From Bacteroidia bacterium (GTDB taxonomy: Bacteria > Bacteroidota > Bacteroidia > Bacteroidales > VadinHA17), in NCBI GenBank assembly GCA_026391215.1, contig JAPLDX010000068.1, positions 16,879 to 80,878 of the forward strand: a stretch of DNA of 64,000 bases, given 5' to 3'. Shown in pieces: positions 50,126 to 59,722 of the stretch; positions within the stretch are counted from its first letter, which is position 1, and the number at the start of each line of letters is the position of its first letter. The notes under the pieces were generated by a model, which saw nothing but the letters and a program-made list of their open reading frames with translations, did no database searches and was not told the DNA's origin. Both the position numbers and the translations under genes were made by a program.

Positions 50126-50995
50126 GTGAGAATAACTGTAAATAAGTCAATTACTCTGATAGAATTTCTGGCAGAACAGTATCCTGATTCTCCGCGGACC
50201 AGGATAAAAAAATTACTGCAGAGCGGTACCATCAGGATAAATGATAAGCCGGTAACGATGCATTCCTATAAGCTTAATCCGGGTGATGTTGTTGAGATAA
50301 ATAAGCAGGGCGGCAATGCGGCAAGGGCAGGATTTCCCTTTCCTGTATTGTTTGAAGACGAGGATGTTATAGTTGTTGATAAGCCTGCGGGCAAACCGAC
50401 ATCCAGCACAGATGGGAGTGTAAATATCCAGGAGATCATATCGGAATTCCTGAAACGGCAGCGCAAGGGTAAATACCGGGCATTCGTTGTTCACCGTCTC
50501 GATAAGGAAGTATCGGGAGTGCTGCTATTCGCAAAGACACGTGAAGCCATGGAGACTATCAAAGATAAATGGCAGGAGACCGAGAAACATTATTATGCTC
50601 TTGTAGAGGGAATTCCAAAGAAGACTGAAGACACAATAAAGAGCTGGCTTATTGAAGATAAGTCACAGAAGGTACATTCCACACACGAAAGTCCTGATGC
50701 GAAATTTTCAATTACAAACTACAGGACAATAAAACAGGTTGATAAAAACACGCTTATTGATGTGAAAACAGATACTGGCAGAAAGAACCAGATAAGGGTA
50801 CACCTCTCAGATATCGGCTGTCCGATTGTAGGCGACAGGAAATATGGTGCATCTGATGAATTCAAACGCCGTGTAAGGCTTCATGCTTATTCATTATCAT
50901 TTCCGCACCCGTCAGCAGGAAAGATGATAACTGTTAAATCTCCCATGCCTGATGGATTCCTGTCACTTAAACAGCGGGATGAGCATTATAAATAA
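50126..50995 (+). CDS. RluA/RluD family pseudouridine synthase with S4 domain
   Basis: VDKPAG, VHRLDKEVSG, TGRKNQIRVH, PIVGDRKYG, LHAYSL; likely GTG start 50126 (upstream extension is repeat-derived). Confidence 0.92.
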   Translation: MRITVNKSITLIEFLAEQYPDSPRTRIKKLLQSGTIRINDKPVTMHSYKLNPGDVVEINKQGGNAARAGFPFPVLFEDEDVIVVDKPAGKPTSSTDGSVNIQEIISEFLKRQRKGKYRAFVVHRLDKEVSGVLLFAKTREAMETIKDKWQETEKHYYALVEGIPKKTEDTIKSWLIEDKSQKVHSTHESPDAKFSITNYRTIKQVDKNTLIDVKTDTGRKNQIRVHLSDIGCPIVGDRKYGASDEFKRRVRLHAYSLSFPHPSAGKMITVKSPMPDGFLSLKQRDEHYK

Positions 50996-51055
50996 TAGTA
51001 CAGGGTTTGTGATGGAACGCTATAGAGGTATACGGATTACGATCTAATAGATGTC

Positions 51056-52609
51056 TTATAAAGATTTCTGAATAAGTTCAATACCCTCATCTTTGCCAAG
51101 ATCCCTGCTGTATTTCTTTTCCATGACATTGTTCCAATGTTCCATCACCCCAAGACTTGAGGCTGCTACACCTTTCCGTTGAGGATCATATTTCACCTTT
51201 GACGGAGGATTATCCGCCATTGCAGCTTCAAAAAGGTACATATCGCTGAAAGCCATATCCGGTGCATCTGGCCATTCACTCCTCAGAAAATCGAGTCCGA
51301 CGGCATCAATTGCAACTGGATCCTGTGATGCCAGCAAGCTGCATCCCCAGCTGTCATTGAAAGGCTCCATTTTCCATTTCGGACCAGGAGCACCATTGAC
51401 AAGCTTTGAACCGTAAATACCATCAATAAGGAAAAGCATGGTTTTACCGCCAAGATCCTTATGAGCAAGAAAATCAACAAATGTAAGGTACTGAGGAGTG
51501 CCTTCCCTGCCGGGATTAAAATTGTCATGAGCGTTTTTGCGCCAGTCATTGTAAATGCTTGTGACTCCGTAATAGTTTTTTGCGCATAGAGTAACACCCT
51601 GTCCCACATGTCCTTTCAGCAACGCCATGTTTATCAGGTAATCTGCCTCTGTGGCGCAGGTTGCCAGTCCTGTGGCCAGCTTGCCGTTGTCAACCGAATA
51701 AGGTATTGTATTGTCGGCATAGGTGGATTTTATTCTCCCGTCACCTCCGACATTATCAATAAAAACAACATCCGGGAAAACTACATGGCATTTATTGAAG
51801 ATATTATCAGTGATGAACCTGCTGGCATCGAATACCGTGATATTTCCCTGCAATACGCCGGCCTCATTCACAAGGCTTGTCAGCAGAGCAAGCACCAACT
51901 GCGGAGTCGCATTTATCTCCGGAGAATTCTGGTGGCTGTAAGTATTATTGACATTTATTTTAATGGCAATTTTCTCGCCTGACTGATAATCCTGACCAGC
52001 CTTGTCATGATTTGTGTTGAAATATCTGAAAAGAGCTGACCATGAATCTTTTTCTGTACTTGCGCCTGTCAGCGATGTAAGGGATTCTTTCAGCATCCTG
52101 ACGGTTTCTGTTTGCGAGGTGACATTTTCATCCCACCAGTTGCCCGTGGTTCCATCCCAGCTTGCTACAGCCGGATCATGGATCCATACTACCCTGCCGG
52201 GGAAAATCCCTTGTGCTGATCCGACAGGCTGATTTGGCACAATGACCCATTCCACACTATCTGCCGGTGCAGCATTCCCCTTTTCCCTGCAGTCAACAAA
52301 TATTGAACCAGCAAAAGCTATCAGCATAAATACAACACCGTACACATAATTTGATTTCAGGAAATGCAACTTTACTTTTCTGAAAGCAACTACCGATCCT
52401 ATCAGTGTCAGGAGCCATACTACAAATCCTGACATGACAGGTGCCGCCACACGCATACAGGGATATGTTGCTCTCTGAGGTTTTGGAATGACGCGAACCA
52501 GGAACCATATCGTTGATGCAATTCCTGCAGCAATGAATGTGATTTTAAACCAGGTGCTCTTTTTAACCAGGCTAATCCGGTTAAGTATTCTGCAGGCAAT
52601 ATTCTTCAT
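51056..52609 (-). CDS. DUF362-domain membrane-anchored protein
   Basis: N-terminal TM segments with RVIPKPQRATYPC; GEKIAIKIN, LLKGH..GVTLCAKN, SQDPVAIDAV. Confidence 0.75.
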   Translation of the reverse strand: MKNIACRILNRISLVKKSTWFKITFIAAGIASTIWFLVRVIPKPQRATYPCMRVAAPVMSGFVVWLLTLIGSVVAFRKVKLHFLKSNYVYGVVFMLIAFAGSIFVDCREKGNAAPADSVEWVIVPNQPVGSAQGIFPGRVVWIHDPAVASWDGTTGNWWDENVTSQTETVRMLKESLTSLTGASTEKDSWSALFRYFNTNHDKAGQDYQSGEKIAIKINVNNTYSHQNSPEINATPQLVLALLTSLVNEAGVLQGNITVFDASRFITDNIFNKCHVVFPDVVFIDNVGGDGRIKSTYADNTIPYSVDNGKLATGLATCATEADYLINMALLKGHVGQGVTLCAKNYYGVTSIYNDWRKNAHDNFNPGREGTPQYLTFVDFLAHKDLGGKTMLFLIDGIYGSKLVNGAPGPKWKMEPFNDSWGCSLLASQDPVAIDAVGLDFLRSEWPDAPDMAFSDMYLFEAAMADNPPSKVKYDPQRKGVAASSLGVMEHWNNVMEKKYSRDLGKDEGIELIQKSL

Positions 52610-52614
52610 ATGTA

Positions 52615-53487
52615 TCAGGTATTAAGCAGGTAAGCAGCGCTATCTTTAAATGTATTCTCTTCCATTTCAACAAAGATGTTTTTTACTCCTCCTTTTTTAA
52701 TAGAAGCAAAAAACTCTTTCCAGTCCACAATACCCTGTCCGACAGGAGCTTCTGTTGTTTTATCCGTGGAAAAGTCAGCCAGGTGGGCAGAAATGAATCT
52801 TCCAGGGTATTTGTTAAAATAATCGCTGGCTTTATATCCGATGGTTATGACTGCTACCTGGAATTGCATTTTTATGTATTCCGGATCAAACTGGTTTAAA
52901 AGGACATCATAGATAAGTGTCCCGTCGATCTGCGCGAATTCCATATGATGATTGTGGAAGCCCATCTGGATCCCGCCATTTTTTGCTTTCAAACCAATTT
53001 CGTTCAGTTCATCTGCCGCTTTTTTCCAGTCATCCATGGTTGCTTTTCCGGGTAATCCAAAACTGGAAAGGATCATCTGTGTCTGGCCAACTTCCAGCGC
53101 AAATGCTACCCGTTCATCCAGGTTCTTCCTGAGTTCGTCCATTCCATAATGACAGCTTGAGCATATAAGGCCGGCATCATTAATGATCTGTTTCATCTCT
53201 TTGGCTGTCAGGTTCATAAGAGGGCCAAAACCCGCAAACTGATAACCGGGAGGAGAGCACATCTCAATGCTTTTATATCCCATACCTGCTATATTTTTCA
53301 ATGTTCCCGGAAAATCTTTTACCAGGGAGTTCCTCACGGTCCAAGCCTGGAAGCCTAAAGGCATTTTTTTGGGTTTAAGCGATTTCTCTGCTTCTCCGGG
53401 GGAAAGCGGAAACTGCGATGCAAGAACTACTGAGCCCATTCCGAGGGCACTTCTATTCAGAAAGTCTCGTCTTGTTATTTTTTTCAT
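52615..53487 (-). CDS. Tat-exported sugar-phosphate isomerase/epimerase (xylose isomerase-like TIM barrel)
   Basis: TRRDFL Tat motif, GYKSIE, FHNHHMEF, HLAD, GQGIVDW, FVE; likely start 53487. Confidence 0.85.
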   Translation of the reverse strand: MKKITRRDFLNRSALGMGSVVLASQFPLSPGEAEKSLKPKKMPLGFQAWTVRNSLVKDFPGTLKNIAGMGYKSIEMCSPPGYQFAGFGPLMNLTAKEMKQIINDAGLICSSCHYGMDELRKNLDERVAFALEVGQTQMILSSFGLPGKATMDDWKKAADELNEIGLKAKNGGIQMGFHNHHMEFAQIDGTLIYDVLLNQFDPEYIKMQFQVAVITIGYKASDYFNKYPGRFISAHLADFSTDKTTEAPVGQGIVDWKEFFASIKKGGVKNIFVEMEENTFKDSAAYLLNT

Positions 53488-53522
53488 ACGGCGTGATTTA
53501 TACCTGCTAATATATATAAAAA

Positions 53523-53562
53523 GGTACAATGGTGCAAAGGTTCAAAGGCGCAATGGCATACA
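53523..53562. repeat. Degenerate 8-bp tandem array (GGYRCAAN type)
   Basis: ggtacaat ggtgcaaa ggttcaaa ggcgcaat ggcataca. Confidence 0.75.
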
Positions 53563-53613
53563 ATAAATAAAAAGTATTAATAAACTATATTTGAATACAA
53601 ATTATATGGGAGT

Positions 53614-54180
53614 ATGAACAAGATAGATCGTCCTTATGTCTGTCCGGCAGAATTAGCAGGCACTCTTGACAATTTCTTCAGGAGAATAATCCACAAGCCA
53701 CGAAAGATACTGAAACCGTACATCAGCAGCGGAATGACTGTACTTGATCTTGGTTGCGGCCCAGGTTACTTTACAGCAGAGCTTGCAAGGCTGGTCGGTG
53801 AAGATGGGACGGTTATTGCCGCTGATCTTCAGCAGAAAATGCTGGAAAAAATGGCCGGGAGGATCAGGGGAGCAGGTCTGGAACAGAGAGTTGAAGCCCA
53901 TATTTGCCCCGCTGACAGAATAGGCATTTCAACAAAGATTGATTTCGTTCTGGCTTTCTGGATGGTCCATGAAGTTACTGATAAGCAGAAGATGTTTGAG
54001 GAGCTGAAATCCTTACTGAATCCCGGAGGCAGGATCCTGATAGTCGAGCCGAAAATTCATGTAACAGGGAAATCGTTTAATAAAATGATTGACATACTTG
54101 AGGTGGCCGGGCTGCAGATTATTGAAAGGCCGGAAGTATCTATCAGCAGAGCAGTCCTGGTACAGATCAGGAACAGTTGA
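53614..54180 (+). CDS. Class I SAM-dependent methyltransferase
   Basis: VLDLGCGPG, AADLQ, LLNPGGRILIVEP. Confidence 0.9.
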   Translation: MNKIDRPYVCPAELAGTLDNFFRRIIHKPRKILKPYISSGMTVLDLGCGPGYFTAELARLVGEDGTVIAADLQQKMLEKMAGRIRGAGLEQRVEAHICPADRIGISTKIDFVLAFWMVHEVTDKQKMFEELKSLLNPGGRILIVEPKIHVTGKSFNKMIDILEVAGLQIIERPEVSISRAVLVQIRNS

Positions 54181-54234
54181 AGAAAGAAGGGGGGAAAGGG
54201 AGAATAGGTGAAAGGGAGAAAACAAGAAACAAGG

Positions 54235-54354
54235 ATGGGAAAGACGTTTAGTTCAATGTTGGAAGTATCGGGGACCATGCTGATAACTCTTTATGCGAGG
54301 GCTCGTGAAACCCAAAGCCGTAATCCTATCATCAACGATTCAATCTTAAATTAG
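54235..54354 (+). pseudogene. Truncated N-terminus of an LCM/TcmP-like O-methyltransferase
   Basis: 39 codons MGKTFSSMLEVSGTMLITLYARARETQSRNPIINDSILN*; TMLITLYARA.E....PII.D matches the start of that family, remainder absent. Confidence 0.65.
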
Positions 54355-54428
54355 GGATCTCTGACAGCCGCCCGGATTCGATGATAGTCGGGTATTCCTA
54401 CTATTATTGATATTGACCTGAAAATTTA

Positions 54429-54460
54429 TTTGACTTTTATTTTTGTGTGGCATAACTTTG
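54429..54460 (+). promoter_or_regulatory. Consensus Bacteroidota sigma-A promoter
   Basis: TTTG (54429-32), 20-nt spacer, TAACTTTG (54453-60). Confidence 0.7.
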
Positions 54461-54556
54461 ATATGCAATACAATTTTACAGGATTCAATTACCATTAAAA
54501 AACAATGAAACCAATACACTTTAATCTTTTTACTTTTTACTTTTAACTTATTTACT

Positions 54557-55060
54557 ATGATCCGTCAGCAGATATGGACTAACCTTGTCAATGTAAAATT
54601 CAAGACCATCTACCTCGGGCATCTGATAAGCAGGAATCAGAAGATCAGCCTGTGGATAAACATCTTCCTGGCAGTAGTTTCGCTGTCAAGCTTCTCTGCC
54701 TGGACAATCTGGAAAATACTGCCGGGACTTTTTACAACCCTGATAGCAGTTTCTAACATCCTTATGGTTGTAAAGCCGCTGCTCTCTTTTGACAGGCGGA
54801 TAAAGGAGCTGAACGAAAAGCTTGCCAGGCTTGAGGATGTGCAGTTTGAGTATGAAAAGCTGTGGTATCATTTCGAGACAAAAGCGATAAATGAAAAAGA
54901 TGCCGGGAAAATGTTTTTCGAGATCTATGAGAAACAGAAAAACAGTCTGAGGACATCATCTGAGATCATCCTGAGCAGCAATAAAAAGATCACTGGCAAA
55001 AGCAATATTGAGACAGACAATTACATAAGGAATCACTACGGATATAATTTTAAGAAATGA
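54557..55060 (+). CDS. Two-TM + coiled-coil protein, SLATT-like effector fold suspected
   Basis: 167 aa; N-terminal helix, two adjacent TM segments, then amphipathic helix ending EYEKLW. Confidence 0.6.
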   Translation: MIRQQIWTNLVNVKFKTIYLGHLISRNQKISLWINIFLAVVSLSSFSAWTIWKILPGLFTTLIAVSNILMVVKPLLSFDRRIKELNEKLARLEDVQFEYEKLWYHFETKAINEKDAGKMFFEIYEKQKNSLRTSSEIILSSNKKITGKSNIETDNYIRNHYGYNFKK

Positions 55061-55227
55061 AAGATAAGATCTATACCAGCACTGAAGAAGTAAAACCGGC
55101 ACCTCCGGCGCCTCCTCCTCCGCCCCCGGAGAGGTACGGCTCTGACAGTCCGGAGATCAAAGGGATCCCGGATAAGCCTTATATTCCGCCTCCGCCTCCG
55201 GCGACAACGTCAGAAAATCAAGTCTGA
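55057..55227 (+). CDS. Unannotated 56-aa proline-rich microprotein
   Basis: MKDKIYTSTEEVKPAPPAPPPPPPERYGSDSPEIKGIPDKPYIPPPPPATTSENQV; ATGA overlap with the upstream stop; Pro codons vary (ccg/cct/ccc). Confidence 0.7.
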   Translation: MKDKIYTSTEEVKPAPPAPPPPPPERYGSDSPEIKGIPDKPYIPPPPPATTSENQV

Positions 55228-55338
55228 CCTTCGATCGTCTGTCCAGACTATAATAATTTGTATTATAAATATATAGGGGGAAACCAATTTCTCCGGTCAT
55301 TAACAAGACAACCAATACCTTTATTAATATAAACTGAT

Positions 55339-55830
55339 ATGAAAAACGAATTTAAACGCCGGGATTTCATTTCAACATGCTTTAAAGCAGGTGCAGCATG
55401 CTGTGCAGTAGCTTACTGTCCCGTTATTGCAGCACAGGATCCTGCAAAGAAACAGGATGTTAAGATTGATCCAAAGGACTTTGAATATTGCGGTTATAAA
55501 TGTCCAGCTGATTGTCCTCTGAAGAAAGGCACCCTGGAGAATAACCTGGAGCTGAAGAAGAAAGCTTATGCAGATTTCAAGTTTAAGGAAAAGTACGGTA
55601 TTGACTTCGATGCTGAGAAAGTCTTTTGTTACGGATGCAAGGTAAAAGAGGGTACTCCGTTAAGTCTTCCTGTCAAATCATGCACTGTACGTACATGTGT
55701 GATTGACAAAGGATATGAATGCTGCATTCAATGTGACGGACTGGCTAAATGCGATAAAGAACTCTGGACAAATTTCCCCAAATTCAAGGAAACTGTCATT
55801 GAGATGCAGAAGAAGTATAAAGCAGTCTGA
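55339..55830 (+). CDS. Tat-exported cysteine-rich protein (DUF3795-like)
   Basis: KRRDFI Tat motif; CGYKC...CP, CYGCK, CTVRTC, CCIQC...C. Confidence 0.7.
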   Translation: MKNEFKRRDFISTCFKAGAACCAVAYCPVIAAQDPAKKQDVKIDPKDFEYCGYKCPADCPLKKGTLENNLELKKKAYADFKFKEKYGIDFDAEKVFCYGCKVKEGTPLSLPVKSCTVRTCVIDKGYECCIQCDGLAKCDKELWTNFPKFKETVIEMQKKYKAV

Positions 55831-56827
55831 CCTGGAGTTTCACAATATCAGTGAGAAACTTATCCGTTTCTCTTTCAACTCCCTGCCAGTCTTTTGACCT
55901 TATATATGATGCAATCACATGTTCCCCGGCTTCCGGGAAAGCCATTTTTTGTTTTAATGCGACAGGAGTGCCAAGCTCATCGAACATTTTTAACATAGCG
56001 GGGACTGACACGGTTTTATCCTGTTCATCTTCATTTTTATAGTAATAGGCAAGTAAGGCAGGGCATTTGATTTCTGAGAAAACTTCAGGCTTCATTGTAT
56101 TTGAAATAAGATTTTGCAGGGCAACCAGCGCCTCAATCCGGTATTTCATCACCCAGTACTTTGCATGATCTTCGCTCTCCGGATTAAATTTCATCATAGG
56201 TCCCTTCTGTACCTTCCTGGCGATCTGTAAGCCCCAGTTATTATCTATTATACCGGCTGTTTTATCATAGAGTTTCACGCAAGGGGAATACAAAACAATT
56301 GCTTTGATTTCGGGATGCCTGGAAGCCAAAATAAGAGTCAGTGATCCGCCAGCAGATGTTCCCATTACAATAACTTCATCACCTAATTTTTCAGCAATAG
56401 CGAGTGCCTTTTCGGCTGAGGCAACATATTCGTCGGCAGTGAGATTGATCATTGTACTGTCACCGTTGTCAATGCCATGTTCGGCAAGTCTGGCAAGATA
56501 CAGATTAGCATTATATTTTTTTGCAAGGTCCCTGTGCACCGGGTCACCTTCTGCCTGGCTTGCCGAAAAGCCATGAAGATAGAGGAAGGCAGTTGCTGTC
56601 TTTTCCTTCTTCGTTGAATCAGCCCAGACAATCCTGGCTTCATTATCAGGACGGATCCCTTTTACAGATAGTTCGCTTTCATTTATTTGTTTTTCAAGCT
56701 CTGCAAGCGACGCCGGAAGAGTGATTGAAGCTGTTTCTAATACTGGTTTTGAGGGCTTCGGGCCAATGAAGTAACCAATTAATATAATCAGTATTATTCC
56801 GGATAACCACCTGATAAAAGTTTTCAT
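55796..56827 (-). CDS. Membrane-anchored alpha/beta hydrolase (esterase/lipase)
   Basis: YLHGFSAS, nucleophile elbow GTSAGG, QDKTVS, GEHVI. Confidence 0.85.
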   Translation of the reverse strand: MKTFIRWLSGIILIILIGYFIGPKPSKPVLETASITLPASLAELEKQINESELSVKGIRPDNEARIVWADSTKKEKTATAFLYLHGFSASQAEGDPVHRDLAKKYNANLYLARLAEHGIDNGDSTMINLTADEYVASAEKALAIAEKLGDEVIVMGTSAGGSLTLILASRHPEIKAIVLYSPCVKLYDKTAGIIDNNWGLQIARKVQKGPMMKFNPESEDHAKYWVMKYRIEALVALQNLISNTMKPEVFSEIKCPALLAYYYKNEDEQDKTVSVPAMLKMFDELGTPVALKQKMAFPEAGEHVIASYIRSKDWQGVERETDKFLTDIVKLQVRLLYTSSASQ

Positions 56828-56942
56828 AGCATATTAGTAATTGATGATAAAAATAGTAAAGTACAACGATTCGGGCAAATATACTTGTCGTCTGAGGCAG
56901 AAAGACATTCCGCAAAAGCGAAATAGACGAATTCCTGCATTG

Positions 56943-58007
56943 TTATTTTGTACTATTTAGTTTGGTAAGCATCCTGTTCTTACTGTTCAATATCTCATCC
57001 TGCCCGGGTTTACCCGCCACATACTTTTCGAGGAAAGCAATTGAGTACCTATTGATTACCTCAAATTGTTTTTCAGTGCCACTCAGAGCTCTGGTGCCTG
57101 CACCATCTGACAGTCGTATGTTGAAGGAGAAGTGAGTGGCTCCCCGGACCTCAAGGAAATATTTCGGGACCGGCATATTGCGGTAGATGGTTTCGGAAAG
57201 CTCTTTCATGGTTTTGTCTCCCCGTTTCTTGTTTCTCTCACGGCTTCCGAGGTAAAGCATTGTAGGCATTTTGACCGAGGCGAGCTCTTCCTCCGTGAAA
57301 AGGTACGACGCAGCGCCTGTCGAGAACATTAGCGCTGCCTTGATCCGGTGATCGAAATATTCCGGCATCGTACCGCAAAGCGCCAGTGATGTGAATCCTC
57401 CGAATGAATGTCCGCCGACAGCAATGCGGGTAGTGTCAATCAGCCTGGCAAAGGGTGTTGCTGTTGACATGATCTCGATTACTGTCTGAAGCTCCTCCGG
57501 ACGAAACATGTATTTTTCCCTGTCCTCAGGCGTTGAAGCCCCGATTTCTTTAGCAGCTTCAACTGTTCCTTTTACATCCGGCTTTTCAACTCTTCCTCCC
57601 TCTATCCGGCCTATGGAATGGGAGTCATTATGATCGGGACAGGCAACGATCCATCCGTGTGAAGCAAGGGCTTCAGTAAAGAATTGTGATCCGAGTCCGG
57701 TGCCTCCGAAACCATGGGAAAAAGCCATGAACGGGAATGTTCCGGCATTTGTCAGCAATTTTCCATTCAGCGCCACGTTGCCCCAGGTAGGGCCACCATA
57801 CTGGAATTTTTTTGGAATCTCGGATGTCGGATACCAGACTGCAACTGCGAGCTTCTTCTGCAGACCGTTTTGCATGTATTGAAAATCAATAACCATATAC
57901 CCGACATTATATTTTGTTTCTGCAGGTGCAGATGAAACTGATTGATTTGCATTACAGCAGAGCATTGCTATCGGCAGCATAAGGATCGCAGGAAATGGTT
58001 TTTTCAT
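56943..58007 (-). CDS. Alpha/beta hydrolase (dienelactone hydrolase/PAF-AH-like), probable lipoprotein
   Basis: VWYP, FSHGFGG, LASHGWIV, GHSFGG, GATHFSF; likely start MKKPF at 58007. Confidence 0.85.
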   Translation of the reverse strand: MKKPFPAILMLPIAMLCCNANQSVSSAPAETKYNVGYMVIDFQYMQNGLQKKLAVAVWYPTSEIPKKFQYGGPTWGNVALNGKLLTNAGTFPFMAFSHGFGGTGLGSQFFTEALASHGWIVACPDHNDSHSIGRIEGGRVEKPDVKGTVEAAKEIGASTPEDREKYMFRPEELQTVIEIMSTATPFARLIDTTRIAVGGHSFGGFTSLALCGTMPEYFDHRIKAALMFSTGAASYLFTEEELASVKMPTMLYLGSRERNKKRGDKTMKELSETIYRNMPVPKYFLEVRGATHFSFNIRLSDGAGTRALSGTEKQFEVINRYSIAFLEKYVAGKPGQDEILNSKNRMLTKLNSTK

Positions 58008-58143
58008 TATGACTTGAAATAAAATATAAATATAATAAACCCAGTAGTTTTTGGTCACGCCGTACACTAAACACTTAACATTGAACGTTTAATGATTAAG
58101 GAAATATAGTTACTTTACGGGGGATACATTAAATATCAGGGAT

Positions 58144-59580
58144 ATGAACAAAAAAAAATTCCTTCTTCTTTTTACAGGATTACTTTTCACTTTAGTCCTG
58201 AGCGCCCAATACACCGACTTTGATTTATCGAAGTATAAACTTCCCGATATCAGGCTCAACAGACTTGATGCCACTTTTGATTTTAACAATGATGTGAACA
58301 GATATGTTGATCAGGAACTGTGGGACACCACCGAATCAAAATTTAATGACCTGGCCGGATCGCTGAATCTTAACTACCATTTTTACCGCAACACTGAAAA
58401 GTACCAGGGGAAACTGGATGTCGGCACATATTTACATCCGACTATTTATAAGTATGATATAGATAATAATAAGACAGAGAATAAATATATGGATGGTGGT
58501 TTTGTGATAAGCAGCACCAACAGGTTTTATAATCAGAGAATGTTCTTCGTTGAGGTGGATCCGGGTTTTTCTTTCAGTTCAACTAAATACTATGAGCTTC
58601 ATGAAAACAGCAACACTACAGAAACTGACAGCCGTGAGGCTGATACACGGTTGTCGGCGCCTGTTTCGGTTGGATATGGCAGGATTGAACCTGTGGAAGA
58701 TCTGCGATTAGCCCTGTACATACTTGAGGAGCTGCAAAAAGCCGGCAGGATAAAAGCTGTTCCGCCTGAGGATGTTATTATTGATATGGCCAGGGAGATT
58801 TCGAAGATCAGGAAGAAAAGATTTTTTGATACCAGACTCAGGAAGATTGAGGAGCTTCATGTTATAGATTCTTTCCTTGTTACTAAAAATATTGTCTCTT
58901 CAAATGATATAACCTGTTTTGCAGTCCTGAACGACCAGTGGGACTATGCTTCCGGTCCGGCAAGAGAGGCAGGTTTTGCAGTCAACGCCGGGATTGGCAA
59001 CGATATCCTTTTAAACAGGTACAGTGAGAAATACACTGTTAACAACACAATCCAGACAGACGACAAGGATTACAGCAATGTTTATAAGGTGGGCGGATTT
59101 ATTAATGCCAGGTATGCAAAACCGCTGAATCTTTACTGGCAGACAGGCGCAGGTGTAAATGCATCTTATGGAATAGAATTAAAAGGAGATCCCCGGGACA
59201 GGGATGGCGAGGCGGGCAACTACACAACAAATATTTTCAGGACCAGCATCAACGGCTTGATCCAGTATCTTCCAAATTCAAGGACATCAATCGGCCTTGA
59301 CATAACCGGATCGTATCAGCATTCACAGGGCGACAGAACAATTCTGATACTTATTCCGACAGACTATCAAATGACGAGCAGGCAGTTTTCTGTTGTTTCA
59401 TCATTCAATATGTACTACTATATTTCTCCGCGTTTCAGGGTTCAGTTCTTAGCATCAATAAATGGTAATAATTCACTCATAAAAAATATCTATGGAGTTC
59501 CGCCATTGCCTGAAGAGGAAGATATGACGAAGTCGTACCACCACAATCTATCACTGACACTTACCTATAGTTTCTTTTAG
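58144..59580 (+). CDS. Hypothetical outer-membrane beta-barrel protein
   Basis: Signal peptide, alternating beta-strand pattern, C-terminal LSLTLTYSFF; central helical insert after GYGRIE. Confidence 0.65.
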   Translation: MNKKKFLLLFTGLLFTLVLSAQYTDFDLSKYKLPDIRLNRLDATFDFNNDVNRYVDQELWDTTESKFNDLAGSLNLNYHFYRNTEKYQGKLDVGTYLHPTIYKYDIDNNKTENKYMDGGFVISSTNRFYNQRMFFVEVDPGFSFSSTKYYELHENSNTTETDSREADTRLSAPVSVGYGRIEPVEDLRLALYILEELQKAGRIKAVPPEDVIIDMAREISKIRKKRFFDTRLRKIEELHVIDSFLVTKNIVSSNDITCFAVLNDQWDYASGPAREAGFAVNAGIGNDILLNRYSEKYTVNNTIQTDDKDYSNVYKVGGFINARYAKPLNLYWQTGAGVNASYGIELKGDPRDRDGEAGNYTTNIFRTSINGLIQYLPNSRTSIGLDITGSYQHSQGDRTILILIPTDYQMTSRQFSVVSSFNMYYYISPRFRVQFLASINGNNSLIKNIYGVPPLPEEEDMTKSYHHNLSLTLTYSFF

Positions 59581-59600
59581 AGCATAAAACAAAACATTTG

Positions 59601-59648
59601 ATCATGCAATCCGGCAATCGTACGATCGTATGATTGTATGAACGTACT
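59601..59648. repeat. Degenerate 8-bp tandem array (ATCRTRCR type)
   Basis: atcatgca atccggca atcgtacg atcgtatg attgtatg aacgtact; related array at 61676-61731. Confidence 0.7.
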
Positions 59649-59722
59649 TCGTTCTGGGATGAGTAACTCTATTATATGTTTCACCGTATTTTATACCTTT
59701 GACCGATTAGAAATGAGAAATT

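Noticed and set aside
54447-54461. TGGCATAACTTTGA as a sigma-54 promoter
   Set aside because: Spacing is one base short of -24/-12; it fits the sigma-A TAnnTTTG box better
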